DNA of 64,000 nt from Escherichia coli (GCF_044324785.1 NZ_CP172127.1), one strand, 5' to 3'; positions 10,544 to 23,691 are shown, numbered from the stretch's first letter. Notes: generated from the sequence alone by a model not told the origin. A program made the numbers and translations.

Positions 10544-11790
10544 GCCCGCCTACGCCAGAGTAAAAACACGCCACAACAAAGAGAAAAATAGACGATATAA
10601 GTTGCCATATATGCCTGCGCCGCGCCCAGTGCACCATGCGCAGGGATTAGCCAGTGGGCAAATACCATCAATAAAGTGAACTGGCTGACTTCCGCCAGAA
10701 TATAAAACCGCAATGACGCTTTGGCGATCACCAGATAACCAAAGACATAAGCGCCCACTTTTAACACATCACCCACCAACTGCCAGGCAAAGAGATCGCG
10801 CATAGCGGTAAATTTATTCGACAACAGCAGCCAGATAGCAAAATCACGCAGCAACCAGACGGTAAAACTCGCCGCCGCCACTGCCGGTAAGACGAATTTC
10901 AGCGATTTAACCACTTCCCGGGTGATATCGCGCTTTTCCGTTAGCCGCGACAACGTGGGCAGCAAATATACGCTGAACGATGCCGTAATAAATTGCAGGT
11001 AGGCATCGGAAATACTACTCACCCCTTGCCAGATCCCCACTTCATCCCAGCTATACTGCGCCGCCAGCAGTTTACGCATCATGATGTAAGCAACGGGCAA
11101 GGTCACCGACGTAATCAACGCCATGAGCGTAAATTTGCTCAACTGCCCTGCCAGGCCGTTATCCCAGCTGGGTTTCAGATAGCTTAACGGGATTGCACCA
11201 CGCTTAATTAGCATGATGACGGCAGGAATCACCACCAGCGCGGGAATCAACGCCAGCCCCAGCAACGCCCCTTCATAACCGCCCAAACGGTAACTGACGT
11301 AGTACGCGAGAACGCCAATCAGGCTGCCGACAATCAGGGATAACGCATTACCTGCGGCATCGCGAAAGCCTTTCATCAACGCCAGTAACAGGTTGCCCCA
11401 GGCGATCCCCATTTGCACCAACGCCACTAAACGCACCAGCCCCTGATAGTCGGTATTACCAAACAATCCCTGGCTAATTGGGGCTGCCGCTAGCACAAAA
11501 ACCAGCGCCATCAGCGTAGAGAAGCCAAGTACCATCGCTGATGAAGTGCCTACCACGCGGCGCAGCTGCTGCGGATTATCATGGTACTGAGCAACGTATT
11601 TGGTTACGCCATTAAAGATGCCCGCCCCGGCAAGCACGCCGAGCACGGTAATCAACTGGCGGAAATTTGCCGCCAGCCCAAGCCCCGCAGGACCAAATGA
11701 CACCGCCAGCAACTTACCTACCAGTAACCCGGCACCAATCTTGACCAGTGTACTGGCCGCCGTCCACAAGGACGCTTTTGCCAACGACAT
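10540..11790 (-). CDS. wzxE: ECA lipid III flippase WzxE, 416 aa
   Basis: 416 aa polytopic membrane ORF; synteny. Confidence 0.9.
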   Translation of the reverse strand: MSLAKASLWTAASTLVKIGAGLLVGKLLAVSFGPAGLGLAANFRQLITVLGVLAGAGIFNGVTKYVAQYHDNPQQLRRVVGTSSAMVLGFSTLMALVFVLAAAPISQGLFGNTDYQGLVRLVALVQMGIAWGNLLLALMKGFRDAAGNALSLIVGSLIGVLAYYVSYRLGGYEGALLGLALIPALVVIPAVIMLIKRGAIPLSYLKPSWDNGLAGQLSKFTLMALITSVTLPVAYIMMRKLLAAQYSWDEVGIWQGVSSISDAYLQFITASFSVYLLPTLSRLTEKRDITREVVKSLKFVLPAVAAASFTVWLLRDFAIWLLLSNKFTAMRDLFAWQLVGDVLKVGAYVFGYLVIAKASLRFYILAEVSQFTLLMVFAHWLIPAHGALGAAQAYMATYIVYFSLCCGVFLLWRRRA

Positions 11791-11791
11791 A

Positions 11792-12922
11792 TCAGGAGAA
11801 GTAGTTCAACAAGGTCGCAATTACCGTGCGCTGATTGACGGGCGACAGGTTGTAGAACAACGGCAGGCGCAGCAGGCGCTCGCTCTCTTTGGTGGTGTAG
11901 CGATCTTCACCGTGGAACTCACCAAAGCGTTCCCCCGCAGGGCAACCGTGCAGCGGAATGTAATGGAACACCGCCATGATTTCCGCTTCTTTCAGAAAGT
12001 TAATCAACGCGCTCCGGTCATCAATATCCCGCAGTTTAATGTAGAACATATGCGCGTTCTGCACGCAGCCATCGGGAATCGACGGCAGCTCGATACGCCC
12101 GGCTTTCGCCAGAGGTGCTAACGCATCGTAGTAGTTTTGCCACAGCGCCAGACGTTGCTGATTGATACGATCCGCTGCTTCCAGTTGCGCCCACAGGTAC
12201 GCAGCTTGCAGATCGGACATCAAATAGCTGGAGCCGATATCGCGCCAGGTATATTTATCGACCTGACCACGGAAGAACTGGCTGCGGTTAGTGCCTTTTT
12301 CACGGATGATCTCGGCGCGTTCGATCAACGCTTTATCGTTAATCAGCGTCGCACCGCCTTCACCGCCCGCCGTGTAGTTTTTGGTTTCATGGAAGCTAAA
12401 GCAGCCAATATGACCAATGGTTCCCAGTGCACGCCCTTTGTAAGTGGACATCACGCCCTGAGCGGCATCTTCCACCACAAACAGATTATGCTTTTTCGCC
12501 AACGCCATAATGGTGTCCATTTCGCAGGCCACACCCGCGTAATGGACCGGTACGATAACGCGCGTTTTGTCGGTGATCGCTGCTTCAATCAACGTTTCGT
12601 CGATGTTCATGGTGTCCGGGCGAACATCCACAAAAACGATTTTCGCGCCACGCAGCACAAAGGCATTGGCGGTGGAGACAAAGGTGTAGCTCGGCATGAT
12701 CACTTCATCGCCAGGCTGGATATCGAGCAGCAGCGCCGCCATCTCCAGCGAAGCGGTGCAGGATGGCGTCAGTAACACTTTGGCGCTGCCAAAACGTTGC
12801 TCCAGCCACTGCTGGCAGCGACGGGTAAAACCGCCATCGCCGCACAGTTTGCCGCTACCCATTGCCGACTGCATATAGTCGAGTTCGGTTCCCACCACCG
12901 GCGGTGCGTTAAATGGAATCAT
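11792..12922 (-). CDS. wecE: dTDP-4-amino-4,6-dideoxygalactose transaminase, 376 aa
   Basis: 376 aa ORF of the DegT/aminotransferase type; synteny. Confidence 0.9.
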   Translation of the reverse strand: MIPFNAPPVVGTELDYMQSAMGSGKLCGDGGFTRRCQQWLEQRFGSAKVLLTPSCTASLEMAALLLDIQPGDEVIMPSYTFVSTANAFVLRGAKIVFVDVRPDTMNIDETLIEAAITDKTRVIVPVHYAGVACEMDTIMALAKKHNLFVVEDAAQGVMSTYKGRALGTIGHIGCFSFHETKNYTAGGEGGATLINDKALIERAEIIREKGTNRSQFFRGQVDKYTWRDIGSSYLMSDLQAAYLWAQLEAADRINQQRLALWQNYYDALAPLAKAGRIELPSIPDGCVQNAHMFYIKLRDIDDRSALINFLKEAEIMAVFHYIPLHGCPAGERFGEFHGEDRYTTKESERLLRLPLFYNLSPVNQRTVIATLLNYFS

Positions 12923-12926
12923 GTGA

Positions 12927-13601
12927 TCACCTGTATAACCAGTACGCGGTGCTTTCTACATTCGCACCACTTTGTATGTATCGTTTTAGCGCGGCGGTGT
13001 TGCCCATTTGGGTCGCCACCCGCAAAGTTGTTTTACCGCGAGCATACGCCCAGTTTAGCGCCGTTTGCATCAGCTCAGCACCTGCACCTCGTCCAGCCAG
13101 CAGGCCAATTCGCGCATCTGTCGCATTGAGTTCCCGTAAAGAGACATAGCCGCGAATATCGCCGGACGCCGCACGTAAAATCAGACATTGATGATCAAAG
13201 GTGCCGCGCACGGCATTTTCAATCCACTGTGCATAAAAGCGTCCGCTGGCGTCAGGCGCATACCACGGCGCACGAAAACGGCTTTGCGCAAATGCGGCGC
13301 TGGCTAACTGACGTAATGCGGGAATATCGGTCTCTTGTGCCACTACAGCACCACTATCACTGACATTGTTCACGGGTAGCGCCAAATCAACTTCACCTTC
13401 TACCAGGGAGAATCCCAGCTGTTGCAGGGCATCCAGTTCACCCGTATTTGATGCCGCAATTTTGGCCTGTACCCGTGACCACGGCGCTAAGGTGTCTGAC
13501 GTCAGGAGCGGTGCTTCAGGCGTGATGCGCACGATGGCGCTGTTAACACCAAAGAAGGCGTTTTCCCAGGTTAGTGGCTCAATACTGGCGCGGACGGGCA
13601 C
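12927..13601 (-). CDS. wecD: dTDP-fucosamine acetyltransferase (GNAT); start codon uncertain
   Basis: 224 aa as the longest ORF, whose 5' end overlaps the rffH 3' end by 23 nt; a shorter in-frame start is possible. Confidence 0.75.
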   Translation of the reverse strand: MPVRASIEPLTWENAFFGVNSAIVRITPEAPLLTSDTLAPWSRVQAKIAASNTGELDALQQLGFSLVEGEVDLALPVNNVSDSGAVVAQETDIPALRQLASAAFAQSRFRAPWYAPDASGRFYAQWIENAVRGTFDHQCLILRAASGDIRGYVSLRELNATDARIGLLAGRGAGAELMQTALNWAYARGKTTLRVATQMGNTAALKRYIQSGANVESTAYWLYR

Positions 13602-14460
13602 GAAGTAACTCCAGCAGATATTGGCCGTAGCCGGTTTTCGCCAGCGAGCTGGCGGCGCGCTTCACGCCTTCGTCATCAAGCCAGCCGTTACGCCAGGCGA
13701 TCTCTTCCAGGCAGGCAATCTTAAAGCCCTGGCGTTTTTCTACCGTCTGTACAAAGGTACTGGCTTCAATCAGGCTGTCGTGAGTACCGGTGTCCAGCCA
13801 GGCAAATCCGCGCCCGAGCAGTTCAACGGTCAGGTTACCCGCCTCGAGGTACATCTGGTTGATGGAGGTAATCTCCAGTTCACCACGCTCCGACGGCTTC
13901 ACCTGCTTTGCGTACTCCACGACTTTACTGTCGTAGAAATAAAGTCCGGTCACCGCCCAGTTTGACTTCGGCTGTTTTGGCTTTTCTTCCAGCGAGATAG
14001 CGCGGAAATTGTCGTCAAACTCCACGACGCCAAAGCGTTCCGGATCCATCACCTGATAGCCAAATACCGTCGCGCCTTGCGTGCGCGCCGCAACATGACG
14101 CAACTTCGGACTGAAGCCCTGTCCGAAGAAGATGTTATCGCCCAGCACCAGACAAGAAGGTTCACCGTTGAGGAAGGTTTCACCGATGATAAAGGCCTGC
14201 GCCAGACCGTCCGGACTGGGCTGTTCGGCATATTCCAGCTGGATACCGAACTCACTACCATCGCCCAGCAGGCGCTGGAAATAACCTTTATCTTCCGGCG
14301 TAGTGATGATGAGAATTTTGCGGATACCGGCCAGCATCAGCACCGACAGCGGATAGTAAATCATTGGCTTATCGTAAATCGGCAACAGTTGCTTCGATAC
14401 GCCGCGCGTAATCGGATGCAATCGGGTACCGGAACCGCCTGCCAGGATAATACCTTTCAT
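13579..14460 (-). CDS. rffH: Glucose-1-phosphate thymidylyltransferase, 293 aa
   Basis: N-terminal GGSGTRL nucleotidyltransferase motif; 293 aa. Confidence 0.92.
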   Translation of the reverse strand: MKGIILAGGSGTRLHPITRGVSKQLLPIYDKPMIYYPLSVLMLAGIRKILIITTPEDKGYFQRLLGDGSEFGIQLEYAEQPSPDGLAQAFIIGETFLNGEPSCLVLGDNIFFGQGFSPKLRHVAARTQGATVFGYQVMDPERFGVVEFDDNFRAISLEEKPKQPKSNWAVTGLYFYDSKVVEYAKQVKPSERGELEITSINQMYLEAGNLTVELLGRGFAWLDTGTHDSLIEASTFVQTVEKRQGFKIACLEEIAWRNGWLDDEGVKRAASSLAKTGYGQYLLELLRARPRQY

Positions 14461-14478
14461 GTTTGCCTCCGCTGAAAA

Positions 14479-15546
14479 TTAGCCTTTCAGACCTAAACGC
14501 TCGCCCTGATAGCTACCGTCCTGCACCTGCTTCCACCAGCTTTCATTAGCCAGATACCACTGCACCGTTTTACGCATTCCACTTTCAAAGGTTTCCTGCG
14601 GCAGCCAGCCAAGTTCACGGGCAATTTTCGAAGCATCAATGGCATAACGCAGATCATGCCCCGGACGGTCAGCGACAAAGGTGATCAGGTCACGATAGTG
14701 CGCCACGCCGTGCGGCTTGTTCGGGGCCAGTTCTTCCAGCAACTCGCAAATGGTTTCCACAACATCGAGATTCTTACGCTCGTTGTGACCACCAATATTA
14801 TAGGTTTCACCGACTTTCCCGGTGGTCGCCACGCAATACAGCGCGCGGGCGTGATCTTCCACATACAGCCAGTCACGGATTTGCTGCCCGTTGCCATATA
14901 CCGGCAGCGGTTTACCCGCCAGCGCGTTGAGGATCATCAGCGGGATCAGTTTTTCCGGAAAGTGGTAAGGACCGTAGTTATTCGAGCAGTTGGTGATAAG
15001 CGTCGGCAGACCATAGGTCCGCAGCCAGGCGCGTACCAGATGGTCGCTGCTGGCTTTTGAAGCGGAATAAGGGCTGCTCGGCGCATACGGCGTGGTTTCG
15101 GTGAAGAAATCATCCGTCGAGTGCAGGTCACCATATACTTCGTCGGTGGAAATATGATGAAAACGGAACGCTGATTTTTTATCTTCCGTCAGCGCATTCC
15201 AGTAAGTCCGCGCCGCTTCAAGCAATGTATAAGTCCCGACAATGTTGGTTTCAATAAACGCTGCCGGGCCGTCAATAGAACGGTCAACATGGCTTTCGGC
15301 TGCCAGATGCATGACACAGTCTGGCTGATGCTCAGTGAATACGCGCGCCAGTTCTGCCCGATCGCAGATATCAACTTTCTCAAAGGCAAAGCGCTCGCTT
15401 TGCGCGACCGGTGCCAGCGACATCAGATTTCCGGCGTAGGTCAGCTTATCGACCACTATCACCGCGTCGCTCGTTTCGTTGATGATATAACGCACCAGCG
15501 CTGAGCCAATAAACCCGGCACCACCTGTTATCAGAATCTTTCTCAT
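14479..15546 (-). CDS. rffG: dTDP-glucose 4,6-dehydratase, 355 aa
   Basis: N-terminal TGGAGFIGS Rossmann motif; 355 aa. Confidence 0.92.
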   Translation of the reverse strand: MRKILITGGAGFIGSALVRYIINETSDAVIVVDKLTYAGNLMSLAPVAQSERFAFEKVDICDRAELARVFTEHQPDCVMHLAAESHVDRSIDGPAAFIETNIVGTYTLLEAARTYWNALTEDKKSAFRFHHISTDEVYGDLHSTDDFFTETTPYAPSSPYSASKASSDHLVRAWLRTYGLPTLITNCSNNYGPYHFPEKLIPLMILNALAGKPLPVYGNGQQIRDWLYVEDHARALYCVATTGKVGETYNIGGHNERKNLDVVETICELLEELAPNKPHGVAHYRDLITFVADRPGHDLRYAIDASKIARELGWLPQETFESGMRKTVQWYLANESWWKQVQDGSYQGERLGLKG

Positions 15547-16808
15547 CAGCGCCAGACTCCTTTGGCATCGACGACATACTGCTGATGGACATTGTCGCCA
15601 TTGATAACTTTGAACTGACTATGATCGACCAGCATCACCAGCACGTCTGCCGTTGCCAGCGCCTCGTCAAGCTGCGCCAGAGTACAAAGCCCAGTCAGTT
15701 TCTTCGGCAACTGGTGGATGTTAGGCTCAACAACCAGCGTTTCGCCGCTGTGCCACTGGGCGATCAGTTCAGCGATTTCCATCGCCGGGCTTTCGCGCAG
15801 GTCATCAATATTCGGTTTAAACGCCAGACCAAAGCAGGCGATTTTCAGTTCGCTGGCGCGTTTATCGGTAGCCGCCAGGCAGTCGGCAACCGCCGCTTTC
15901 ACCTGATCGATAACCCAGAACGGTTTGTGATCGTTCACTTCGCGCGCGGTACGGATAAGCCGCGCCTGCTGGGGGTTCTGTGCCACGATAAACCACGGAT
16001 CAACAGCGATGCAGTGGCCGCCCACGCCAGGGCCAGGCTGAAGAATATTGACGCGAGGGTGACGATTCGCCAGGCGAATCAGTTCCCAGACGTTAATTCC
16101 CTGATCGGCACAAATCAGCGACAATTCATTAGCAAAAGCGATATTCACATCGCGGAAGCTGTTTTCGGTGAGCTTACACATTTCCGCCGTCCGCGAGTTA
16201 GTGACGACACACTCACCTTCGAGGAAAATTTTGTACAGTTCGCTGGCGCGGGCCGAACAAACCGGCGTCATACCACCAATCACGCGATCGTTTTTAATCA
16301 GCTCGACCATAACCTGGCCCGGTAACACGCGTTCCGGGCAGTAAGCAATGTTGACGTCCGCCTGCTCGCCCACCTGCTGTGGGAAAGTGAGATCCGGACG
16401 CATCTCTGCTAACCATTCTGCCATCTTCTCGGTTGACCCCACCGGCGAGGTGGATTCAAGGATCACCAGCGCGCCTTTTTTCAGCACTGGCGCAATGGAG
16501 CGAGCAGCCGATTCAACGTAGGTCATATCTGGCTCATGATCGCCTTTAAACGGCGTGGGTACAGCAATCAGCCAGGCATCCGCTTCAACTGGCGTCGTGC
16601 TCGCTCGTAAAAAACCGCCTTCTACGGCAGTTTTTACTACGCTCGCCAAATCAGGTTCGACGATATGGATTTCGCCACGATTGATGGTATCAACCGCATG
16701 TTGGTTGATATCGACACCAATCACCTGTTTTTGCCGTGAGGCAAACGCTGCTGCTGTAGGCAGCCCGATGTAACCCAGTCCGATAACAGAAATGGTCGCA
16801 AAACTCAT
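15546..16808 (-). CDS. wecC: UDP-N-acetyl-D-mannosamine dehydrogenase, 420 aa
   Basis: N-terminal GLGYIG nucleotide-binding motif; 420 aa. Confidence 0.92.
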   Translation of the reverse strand: MSFATISVIGLGYIGLPTAAAFASRQKQVIGVDINQHAVDTINRGEIHIVEPDLASVVKTAVEGGFLRASTTPVEADAWLIAVPTPFKGDHEPDMTYVESAARSIAPVLKKGALVILESTSPVGSTEKMAEWLAEMRPDLTFPQQVGEQADVNIAYCPERVLPGQVMVELIKNDRVIGGMTPVCSARASELYKIFLEGECVVTNSRTAEMCKLTENSFRDVNIAFANELSLICADQGINVWELIRLANRHPRVNILQPGPGVGGHCIAVDPWFIVAQNPQQARLIRTAREVNDHKPFWVIDQVKAAVADCLAATDKRASELKIACFGLAFKPNIDDLRESPAMEIAELIAQWHSGETLVVEPNIHQLPKKLTGLCTLAQLDEALATADVLVMLVDHSQFKVINGDNVHQQYVVDAKGVWR

Positions 16809-17935
16809 AGTGATATCCGATTATTTTTTAACGCTTCCAGAATGCGAGAGCATGCCTGACCATCACCATACGGGTTATGGGCGCGGCTCATAGTTTGATA
16901 TTCGTTTTCGTCTTTTAAAAGACGCGTCACTTCCTCGACAATTCGCTGCTTATCCGTGCCTACCAGACGCACCGTACCCGCCGTCACCGCTTCCGGACGC
17001 TCAGTGGTATCGCGCATCACCAGCACCGGTTTCCCCAGCGAAGGCGCTTCTTCCTGAATGCCGCCTGAGTCGGTCAAAATCAGCCAGGCGTGGTTCATCA
17101 GCCAGACAAACGGTAAATACTCCTGGGGATCGATCAGAATGACATTTTTCACATGCCCCAGAATGCGATTGACCGGCTCTCTGACGTTCGGGTTGAGATG
17201 CACCGGATAGACAATCTGGATGTCCTGGTGCGTGGTGGCGATGTCTGCCAGCGCATGGCAGATTTCTTCAAAGCCACGACCGAAGCTCTCACGCCTGTGA
17301 CCGGTCACCAGAATCATTTTTTTATTGGGGTCGATAAACGGGTAATTTGCCGCCAGTTCTGAACGCAGCGTATCGCTGCTCATCACCTGGTCACGCACCC
17401 ATAACAGTGCATCAATAACTGTATTACCGGTAATGAAGATTCGGCTGTCAGCAACATTTTCACGCAGCAAGTTTTGCCGGGAAGTTTCGGTTGGAGAGAA
17501 GTGATACATCGCCAGATGCCCGGTCAATGTACGGTTAGCCTCTTCCGGCCACGGCGAATAGAGATCGCCCGTGCGCAGACCAGCCTCAACGTGACCAACA
17601 GGAATACGCTGATAAAACGCCGCCAGGCTGGTTGCCAGCGTTGTAGTAGTATCGCCGTGAACCAGCACGACGTCTGGTTTGAACTCGGCAAGAATTGGTT
17701 TTAGCCCTTCCAGAATCCGACAGGTTATCTCTGTCAGGCCCTGTCCTGGCTGCATTATGTTGAGATCGTAGTCAGGTACAATGGAAAAGAGTTTCAGCAC
17801 CTGATCGAGCATCTCCCGATGCTGCGCAGTGACGCAAACTTTAGCCTCAAAAAAAGGATCTTTTGCCAACGCATGCACCAACGGAGCCATCTTGATGGCT
17901 TCCGGGCGCGTACCAAATACAGTCAGTACTTTCAC
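16805..17935 (-). CDS. wecB: UDP-N-acetylglucosamine 2-epimerase, 376 aa, GTG start
   Basis: ORF track begins 14 codons upstream; start set at GTG ([15 protein letters not shown]...) to match the recalled 376 aa. Confidence 0.88.
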   Translation of the reverse strand: MKVLTVFGTRPEAIKMAPLVHALAKDPFFEAKVCVTAQHREMLDQVLKLFSIVPDYDLNIMQPGQGLTEITCRILEGLKPILAEFKPDVVLVHGDTTTTLATSLAAFYQRIPVGHVEAGLRTGDLYSPWPEEANRTLTGHLAMYHFSPTETSRQNLLRENVADSRIFITGNTVIDALLWVRDQVMSSDTLRSELAANYPFIDPNKKMILVTGHRRESFGRGFEEICHALADIATTHQDIQIVYPVHLNPNVREPVNRILGHVKNVILIDPQEYLPFVWLMNHAWLILTDSGGIQEEAPSLGKPVLVMRDTTERPEAVTAGTVRLVGTDKQRIVEEVTRLLKDENEYQTMSRAHNPYGDGQACSRILEALKNNRISL

Positions 17936-17990
17936 ATCGATTCTCTTCGAATAAGCGGCGAGCGCCTTTGCGCTCACCGCAGCAGTGTTG

Positions 17991-19037
17991 CTATTTCGAG
18001 CAACGGCGGGTTAATGCGACACCAGCCCCGGTCAGCCCCCCGACAATGCCCCACATAATCATCAGGAAGGCACGACGTGGGCTATCGCGTTTTACCGGTT
18101 CTTCCGGCGTACGCAAATAGCGATAGGTCTGAAAACGCGGATCCAGGGTTGGACCAACATTCAGGGTGTTTAACATGGCCCGATTCTGATCATAGTCGAG
18201 ATCAAAGGCCGGACCGACGGCCTGTAAATTTTCCAGTCGAGCCTGGAGCATTGGACGCCCAAGCAGGAACATTTCTGAATCAGGCAATTCCTCGGCAGGC
18301 ACATCTGTCGCACTGCGCGAAATATTATGCTGCTCTGCAATTTTCAGCGCCTGTTCAATACTGTTCATCCGGCGGTCGTAGATGGCTTTCGCCACCTCTT
18401 CCTGACGCTTCACCTGTGCTTTCATCTGGATGGTGCGCGCCGCCCATGCACCTTTCAGCTCATCATTCAGATGGCTGGCTGCACGCTGGCTGGCAAAAGC
18501 AACATACTGACGTAACAGGTTATTAGCGTCAGGCGCGGTTTCGGCAATCAGCTTCACGCTGTCATTGACCGCGCGGGTAAAGTCTCCGGGGATAAACTGG
18601 ATGTTATTAATCATTTCATCCAGCAACGCCGCATCGGCTTTGCTGTTGCCCACCATCCGCTGCTTGTAATAGTCGGTTTGCAGCCAGAACTCTCTGCGGG
18701 TATCCCACGAGGCCAGTTGCATAACAAACTCTTTATAGGCTTCGTCCATGACCGATGGTTGGTCGGCAGAAGCCATGTTTGAACGGACATCCAGGTTACG
18801 CAAAAATTGCTGCTGTGAGTAATATCCCCCCAGCATATTCACCGTTGGACGATCGGTAATCGCCGTCGAGCTCCACTCCTGACGAGCAAAAAAAGTATAC
18901 GCCAGCGCGATTAACGCAAACGCCAGTCCCATGCCAATAATCCACAGCTTCCCAGCCCACAAGGTACGAAACAACCCACGAATATCCAGTTCATTTTCAG
19001 CGTCTTCGGCCGGTTTCCCAGGCATTGGTTGTGTCAT
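17991..19037 (-). CDS. wzzE: ECA chain-length regulator WzzE, 348 aa
   Basis: ORF with two transmembrane segments flanking a periplasmic coiled-coil region; start at the second Met (MTQPMPGK...). Confidence 0.9.
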   Translation of the reverse strand: MTQPMPGKPAEDAENELDIRGLFRTLWAGKLWIIGMGLAFALIALAYTFFARQEWSSTAITDRPTVNMLGGYYSQQQFLRNLDVRSNMASADQPSVMDEAYKEFVMQLASWDTRREFWLQTDYYKQRMVGNSKADAALLDEMINNIQFIPGDFTRAVNDSVKLIAETAPDANNLLRQYVAFASQRAASHLNDELKGAWAARTIQMKAQVKRQEEVAKAIYDRRMNSIEQALKIAEQHNISRSATDVPAEELPDSEMFLLGRPMLQARLENLQAVGPAFDLDYDQNRAMLNTLNVGPTLDPRFQTYRYLRTPEEPVKRDSPRRAFLMIMWGIVGGLTGAGVALTRRCSK

Positions 19038-19048
19038 CACATCCTCAT

Positions 19049-20152
19049 TTATTTGGTTAAATTGGGGCTGCCACCACGATTTCTACGCAGTCTGCGTTTT
19101 ATGCGCTTAATAAAGCGAGCAACTTTCCAGGCACGCTTAATGCAATATCCATAGAGGAAGAATGCTAGCAAAAAGAGCACCAGCATGACCCACTCCGGGA
19201 CAAAATGAGAGTATTCTGCCAGCACGCCAATAGAGGCAAGCAGTGCTGCGGCAAGGGTAATCAGCACAAATGCCTGGCGGGAAGTAAACCCGGCACGCAT
19301 GATCAAATGGTGAATATGCTGACGGTCAGGAGAGAACGGGCTCATGCCTTTACGCAGGCGACGGTACATAATCGCCACCATATCCATTAGCGGAATGGCG
19401 ATAATCCATAATGCGGTAACCGGGCTTATTGGGTGCGTTTTTCCCTGAGTCGTTTCCAGCAGGATCCAGATAACGGTAAAACCAATCAGCGTACTACCCG
19501 CATCACCCATGAAGACTTTGTAGCGGCGCCCGAGGATACCAAGGTTGAGCATGATATAGGGCAGGATGGCGGCGATCATCGCAAAGCACCAGATTGCGAG
19601 GCTGGTTTGCCCGTCGAACCACAAAATCATACCGATTGCTGCAAACGAGACGCAGGACAGCCCACCCAGCAAGCCATCAATGCCATCGACCATGTTGAAT
19701 GCATTAATGGCCGCCCAGACGGCAAATAGCGTCAGGAAGTAGCCAAACGGTCCGAGCACCATCTCCCAGGAGCCAAAGATATAACCCAGGCTACTGAGAT
19801 ACAGTTTGCCGAACACCATCATAACAATGCCAACAGCGGCCTGTATGGTGGCACGGATTTTTACGCTGATATCAAAACGGTCATCCAGCGCGCCAATGAA
19901 AACAAGCACACCGGCACAAGCGAGATAGAGAGATGCATGCGGAATATAGTAATCGACGATTCCGAACGTGAAGCAAATCCCTGCGTAAACCGAAATCCCC
20001 CCAACGAGAGGTATCAATCCCTGGTGACGTTTGCGGAAGTTTGGTTTATCCACTAAACCGACTTTTTTTGCCACCTTACGGGCAAAAAACAGAAACAGTG
20101 TCGTGAATAAAAAAATACTGATGAGATCAGTACTCACTGTCAGTAAATTCAC
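19049..20152 (-). CDS. wecA: UDP-GlcNAc:undecaprenyl-phosphate GlcNAc-1-phosphate transferase, 367 aa
   Basis: 367 aa polytopic ORF; first gene of the cluster downstream of rho. Confidence 0.92.
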   Translation of the reverse strand: MNLLTVSTDLISIFLFTTLFLFFARKVAKKVGLVDKPNFRKRHQGLIPLVGGISVYAGICFTFGIVDYYIPHASLYLACAGVLVFIGALDDRFDISVKIRATIQAAVGIVMMVFGKLYLSSLGYIFGSWEMVLGPFGYFLTLFAVWAAINAFNMVDGIDGLLGGLSCVSFAAIGMILWFDGQTSLAIWCFAMIAAILPYIMLNLGILGRRYKVFMGDAGSTLIGFTVIWILLETTQGKTHPISPVTALWIIAIPLMDMVAIMYRRLRKGMSPFSPDRQHIHHLIMRAGFTSRQAFVLITLAAALLASIGVLAEYSHFVPEWVMLVLFLLAFFLYGYCIKRAWKVARFIKRIKRRLRRNRGGSPNLTK

Positions 20153-20330
20153 AATGCATGCTCTCAGAGAAAAATATTAGCAGAAGTATAACCACGAAGG
20201 CCTTTATTCAGAAGGGAAACTCTGCTCTGAACCCACCAACCTTGTGCAAAAAACAACCACGTGATTCGTGTTATGCGCAATAAACAAACATAACTCGTAT
20301 TTGTTATAACGCCGTTAAGATTACAGATAT

Positions 20331-20365
20331 AAAAACAAAACGCCACGTAAATACGTGGCGTTTTT
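20331..20365 (-). terminator. Bidirectional intrinsic terminator downstream of rho
   Basis: CGCCACGT / ACGTGGCG stem with AAAT loop, flanked by an A-run on one side and T5 on the other, about 15 nt past the rho stop. Confidence 0.65.
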
Positions 20366-20379
20366 GGCATAAAACAAAT

Positions 20380-21639
20380 TTATGAGCGTTTCATCATCTC
20401 GAAGAAATCGTCATTGGTCTTGGTCATTGCCAGTTTATTAATGAGGAATTCCATTGCATCGATTTCGCCCATCGGGTGAATGATTTTGCGCAGGATCCAC
20501 ATTTTCTGCAGTTCTTCCTGAGTAGTGAGCAGCTCTTCTTTACGGGTACCGGAACGGTTGTAGTCGATTGCCGGGAAGACGCGTTTTTCAGCGATCTTAC
20601 GAGAGAGGTGCAGTTCCATGTTGCCTGTACCTTTAAACTCTTCGTAGATAACTTCGTCCATCTTGGAACCGGTATCGATAAGCGCGGTAGCGATGATGGT
20701 CAGGCTGCCGCCCTCTTCCACGTTACGCGCCGCACCGAAGAAGCGTTTCGGACGATGCAGGGCGTTGGCATCCACACCACCGGTCAGCACTTTACCTGAC
20801 GCCGGAACAACGGTGTTGTAAGCGCGCGCCAGACGAGTGATGGAGTCGAGCAGAATGATAACGTCTTTCTTGTGCTCAACCAGGCGTTTCGCCTTCTCGA
20901 TCACCATTTCCGCAACCTGAACGTGGCGAGATGCGGGTTCGTCAAAGGTAGAAGCAACAACTTCACCTTTTACCAGTCGCTGCATCTCGGTTACTTCTTC
21001 TGGACGTTCGTCGATCAGCAGAACCATCAGCACACAATCCGGGTGGTTGTAAGCAATGCTCTGAGCAATGTTCTGCAGCAGCATGGTTTTACCGGCTTTC
21101 GGCGGTGCCACAATCAGACCACGCTGACCACGACCGATAGGTGATGCCAGATCCAGTACGCGAGCGGTTAAATCTTCAGTAGAACCGTTACCACGTTCCA
21201 TACGCAGACGAGAGTTTGCGTGCAGCGGGGTTAAGTTCTCAAAGAGGATTTTGTTGCGGGCGTTTTCAGGTTTGTCGAAGTTAACTTCGTTAACTTTCAG
21301 CAGCGCAAAATAGCGTTCACCTTCTTTCGGCGGGCGAATCTTACCAGAGATGGTATCACCAGTGCGGAGGTTGAAACGGCGGATTTGGCTAGGGGAAACG
21401 TAGATGTCATCAGGACCGGCGAGGTAGGAGCTGTCTGCGGAACGGAGGAAACCAAATCCATCCTGCAATATCTCCAGTACGCCATCACCAAAGATATCTT
21501 CGCCACTCTTTGCGTGCTGCTTCAGGATGGCAAAAATAATGTCCTGCTTACGCATACGAGCCAGGTTTTCCAGCCCCATATTTTCGCCGAGAGTGATCAG
21601 CTCAGAAACCGGCGTATTCTTTAATTCGGTAAGATTCAT
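20380..21639 (-). CDS. rho: Transcription termination factor Rho, 419 aa
   Basis: Start at [14 protein letters not shown]...; Walker A/B ATPase motifs; the ORF-track start at 21711 adds 24 non-native codons. Confidence 0.95.
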
Positions 21640-21723
21640 AGTGGTGTGAGTTCTTAAACTTGGGGTAAATCTCGAACTTAATGTTGTGAATGGTATGGCA
21701 GGATCATCCATGCCTGTTTACGG

Positions 21724-21825
21724 TCATCGACTCATGTCTTTTCGCTGTCTGGTCACAGGAGAGTACGCAGAACTGAAACGACAAGACGGATTGAGTGACG
21801 AGCCAGAAATCTGTTCACTTCGCAT
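21724..21825 (-). CDS. rhoL: rho operon leader peptide, 33 aa
   Basis: Manually translated minus-strand ORF MRSEQISGSSLNPSCRFSSAYSPVTRQRKDMSR upstream of rho; below the ORF-track size cutoff. Confidence 0.7.
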   Translation of the reverse strand: MRSEQISGSSLNPSCRFSSAYSPVTRQRKDMSR

Positions 21826-21965
21826 TTAAGATAAAACGGGAAGCGTTGGAAATTACAAGATTCAAACTTAATAAGGTATGTTTAATACGAAGTCAACACT
21901 AAGTTAGCATGACTCACGCCGGGCGTCCAGTTTTTAGCGACGGGGCACCCGAACATGAAATTCCC

Positions 21966-22295
21966 TTACGCCAGGTTAGCGTCGAGGAACTCTTTCAACT
22001 GACCTTTAGACAGTGCGCCCACTTTGGTTGCCGCCACTTCACCGTTTTTGAACAGCAGCAGAGTCGGGATACCACGGATACCATATTTCGGCGCAGTGCC
22101 AGGGTTTTGATCGATGTTCAGTTTTGCAACGGTCAGTTTGCCCTGATATTCGTCAGCGATTTCATCCAGAATCGGGGCGATCATTTTGCACGGACCGCAC
22201 CACTCTGCCCAGAAATCGACGAGGATCGCCCCGTCCGCTTTGAGTACATCCGTGTCAAAACTGTCGTCAGTCAGGTGAATAATTTTATCGCTCAT
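21966..22295 (-). CDS. trxA: Thioredoxin 1, 109 aa
   Basis: Start at [13 protein letters not shown]...; WCGPC active site; the ORF track adds 35 upstream codons. Confidence 0.95.
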
Positions 22296-22425
22296 ATATA
22301 ACTCCACAGGAATAAGCCTGGCGTGTTGGTTTCGTTGTTGGTGTAACATTAACCAACTTAAGGTTGACTTTATTTCACCGGATACGCTTTCGTAAAGCAA
22401 TAGTAAGCTGATATTCTACCACACT

Positions 22426-23691
22426 ATGAGCAAAACACATTTAACAGAACAGAAGTTTTCCGACTTCGCCCTGCATCCGAAGGTTGTAGAAGCCCTTGAA
22501 AAAAAAGGGTTTCATAACTGTACGCCCATTCAGGCACTGGCCCTTCCGCTGACGCTGGCGGGTCGTGACGTAGCCGGGCAGGCGCAAACCGGTACCGGGA
22601 AAACGATGGCGTTTCTTACGTCAACGTTTCATTATCTTCTCTCTCATCCCGCGATTGCCGATCGCAAGGTGAATCAACCGCGTGCCTTAATTATGGCACC
22701 GACGCGTGAACTTGCCGTGCAGATCCACGCCGACGCAGAGCCACTTGCGCAAGCTACCGGCCTGAAGCTGGGTCTGGCTTACGGTGGTGATGGCTACGAC
22801 AAACAGCTGAAAGTGCTGGAAAGCGGCGTTGACATTCTGATTGGCACCACGGGGCGTTTAATTGACTACGCCAAGCAGAACCACATTAACCTCGGTGCCA
22901 TTCAGGTAGTGGTACTGGACGAAGCCGATCGCATGTACGATCTGGGCTTTATTAAAGATATCCGCTGGCTGTTCCGCCGTATGCCGCCTGCAAACCAGCG
23001 CCTCAACATGCTGTTCTCCGCCACGCTTTCGTACCGGGTACGTGAACTGGCGTTCGAGCAGATGAACAATGCCGAATATATTGAAGTGGAACCGGAACAG
23101 AAAACGGGCCACCGTATTAAAGAAGAGCTTTTCTACCCTTCTAACGAAGAAAAAATGCGTTTGCTGCAAACGCTGATCGAAGAAGAGTGGCCAGACAGAG
23201 CGATTATTTTCGCCAACACCAAACACCGTTGTGAAGAGATCTGGGGCCACCTGGCGGCAGATGGTCATCGTGTCGGTTTGTTGACAGGCGATGTCGCGCA
23301 GAAAAAACGTCTGCGTATTCTTGATGAATTTACCCGTGGGGATCTGGATATTCTGGTTGCCACCGACGTTGCCGCGCGTGGCCTGCATATCCCGGCTGTG
23401 ACGCACGTCTTTAACTACGATTTACCCGATGACTGTGAAGATTACGTTCACCGTATTGGTCGTACAGGTCGTGCAGGCGCAAGTGGTCATTCCATCAGCC
23501 TGGCATGTGAAGAGTATGCATTGAATTTGCCTGCTATTGAGACCTATATTGGTCACTCAATTCCGGTAAGCAAATACAATCCGGACGCATTGATGACCGA
23601 TCTGCCAAAACCGCTGCGCCTCACGCGCCCGCGCACAGGCAATGGTCCGCGTCGTACTGGCGCTCCGCGTAATCGTCGTCGTTCAGGTTAA
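22426..23691 (+). CDS. rhlB: ATP-dependent RNA helicase RhlB (DEAD-box), 421 aa
   Basis: GTGKT Walker A, DEAD box and Arg-rich C-terminal tail; 421 aa. Confidence 0.94.
   Translation: MSKTHLTEQKFSDFALHPKVVEALEKKGFHNCTPIQALALPLTLAGRDVAGQAQTGTGKTMAFLTSTFHYLLSHPAIADRKVNQPRALIMAPTRELAVQIHADAEPLAQATGLKLGLAYGGDGYDKQLKVLESGVDILIGTTGRLIDYAKQNHINLGAIQVVVLDEADRMYDLGFIKDIRWLFRRMPPANQRLNMLFSATLSYRVRELAFEQMNNAEYIEVEPEQKTGHRIKEELFYPSNEEKMRLLQTLIEEEWPDRAIIFANTKHRCEEIWGHLAADGHRVGLLTGDVAQKKRLRILDEFTRGDLDILVATDVAARGLHIPAVTHVFNYDLPDDCEDYVHRIGRTGRAGASGHSISLACEEYALNLPAIETYIGHSIPVSKYNPDALMTDLPKPLRLTRPRTGNGPRRTGAPRNRRRSG

Noticed and set aside
12137-16325. 212-aa and 246-aa ORFs antisense to wecE and wecC
   Set aside because: Shadow ORFs within wec genes; no independent signals.
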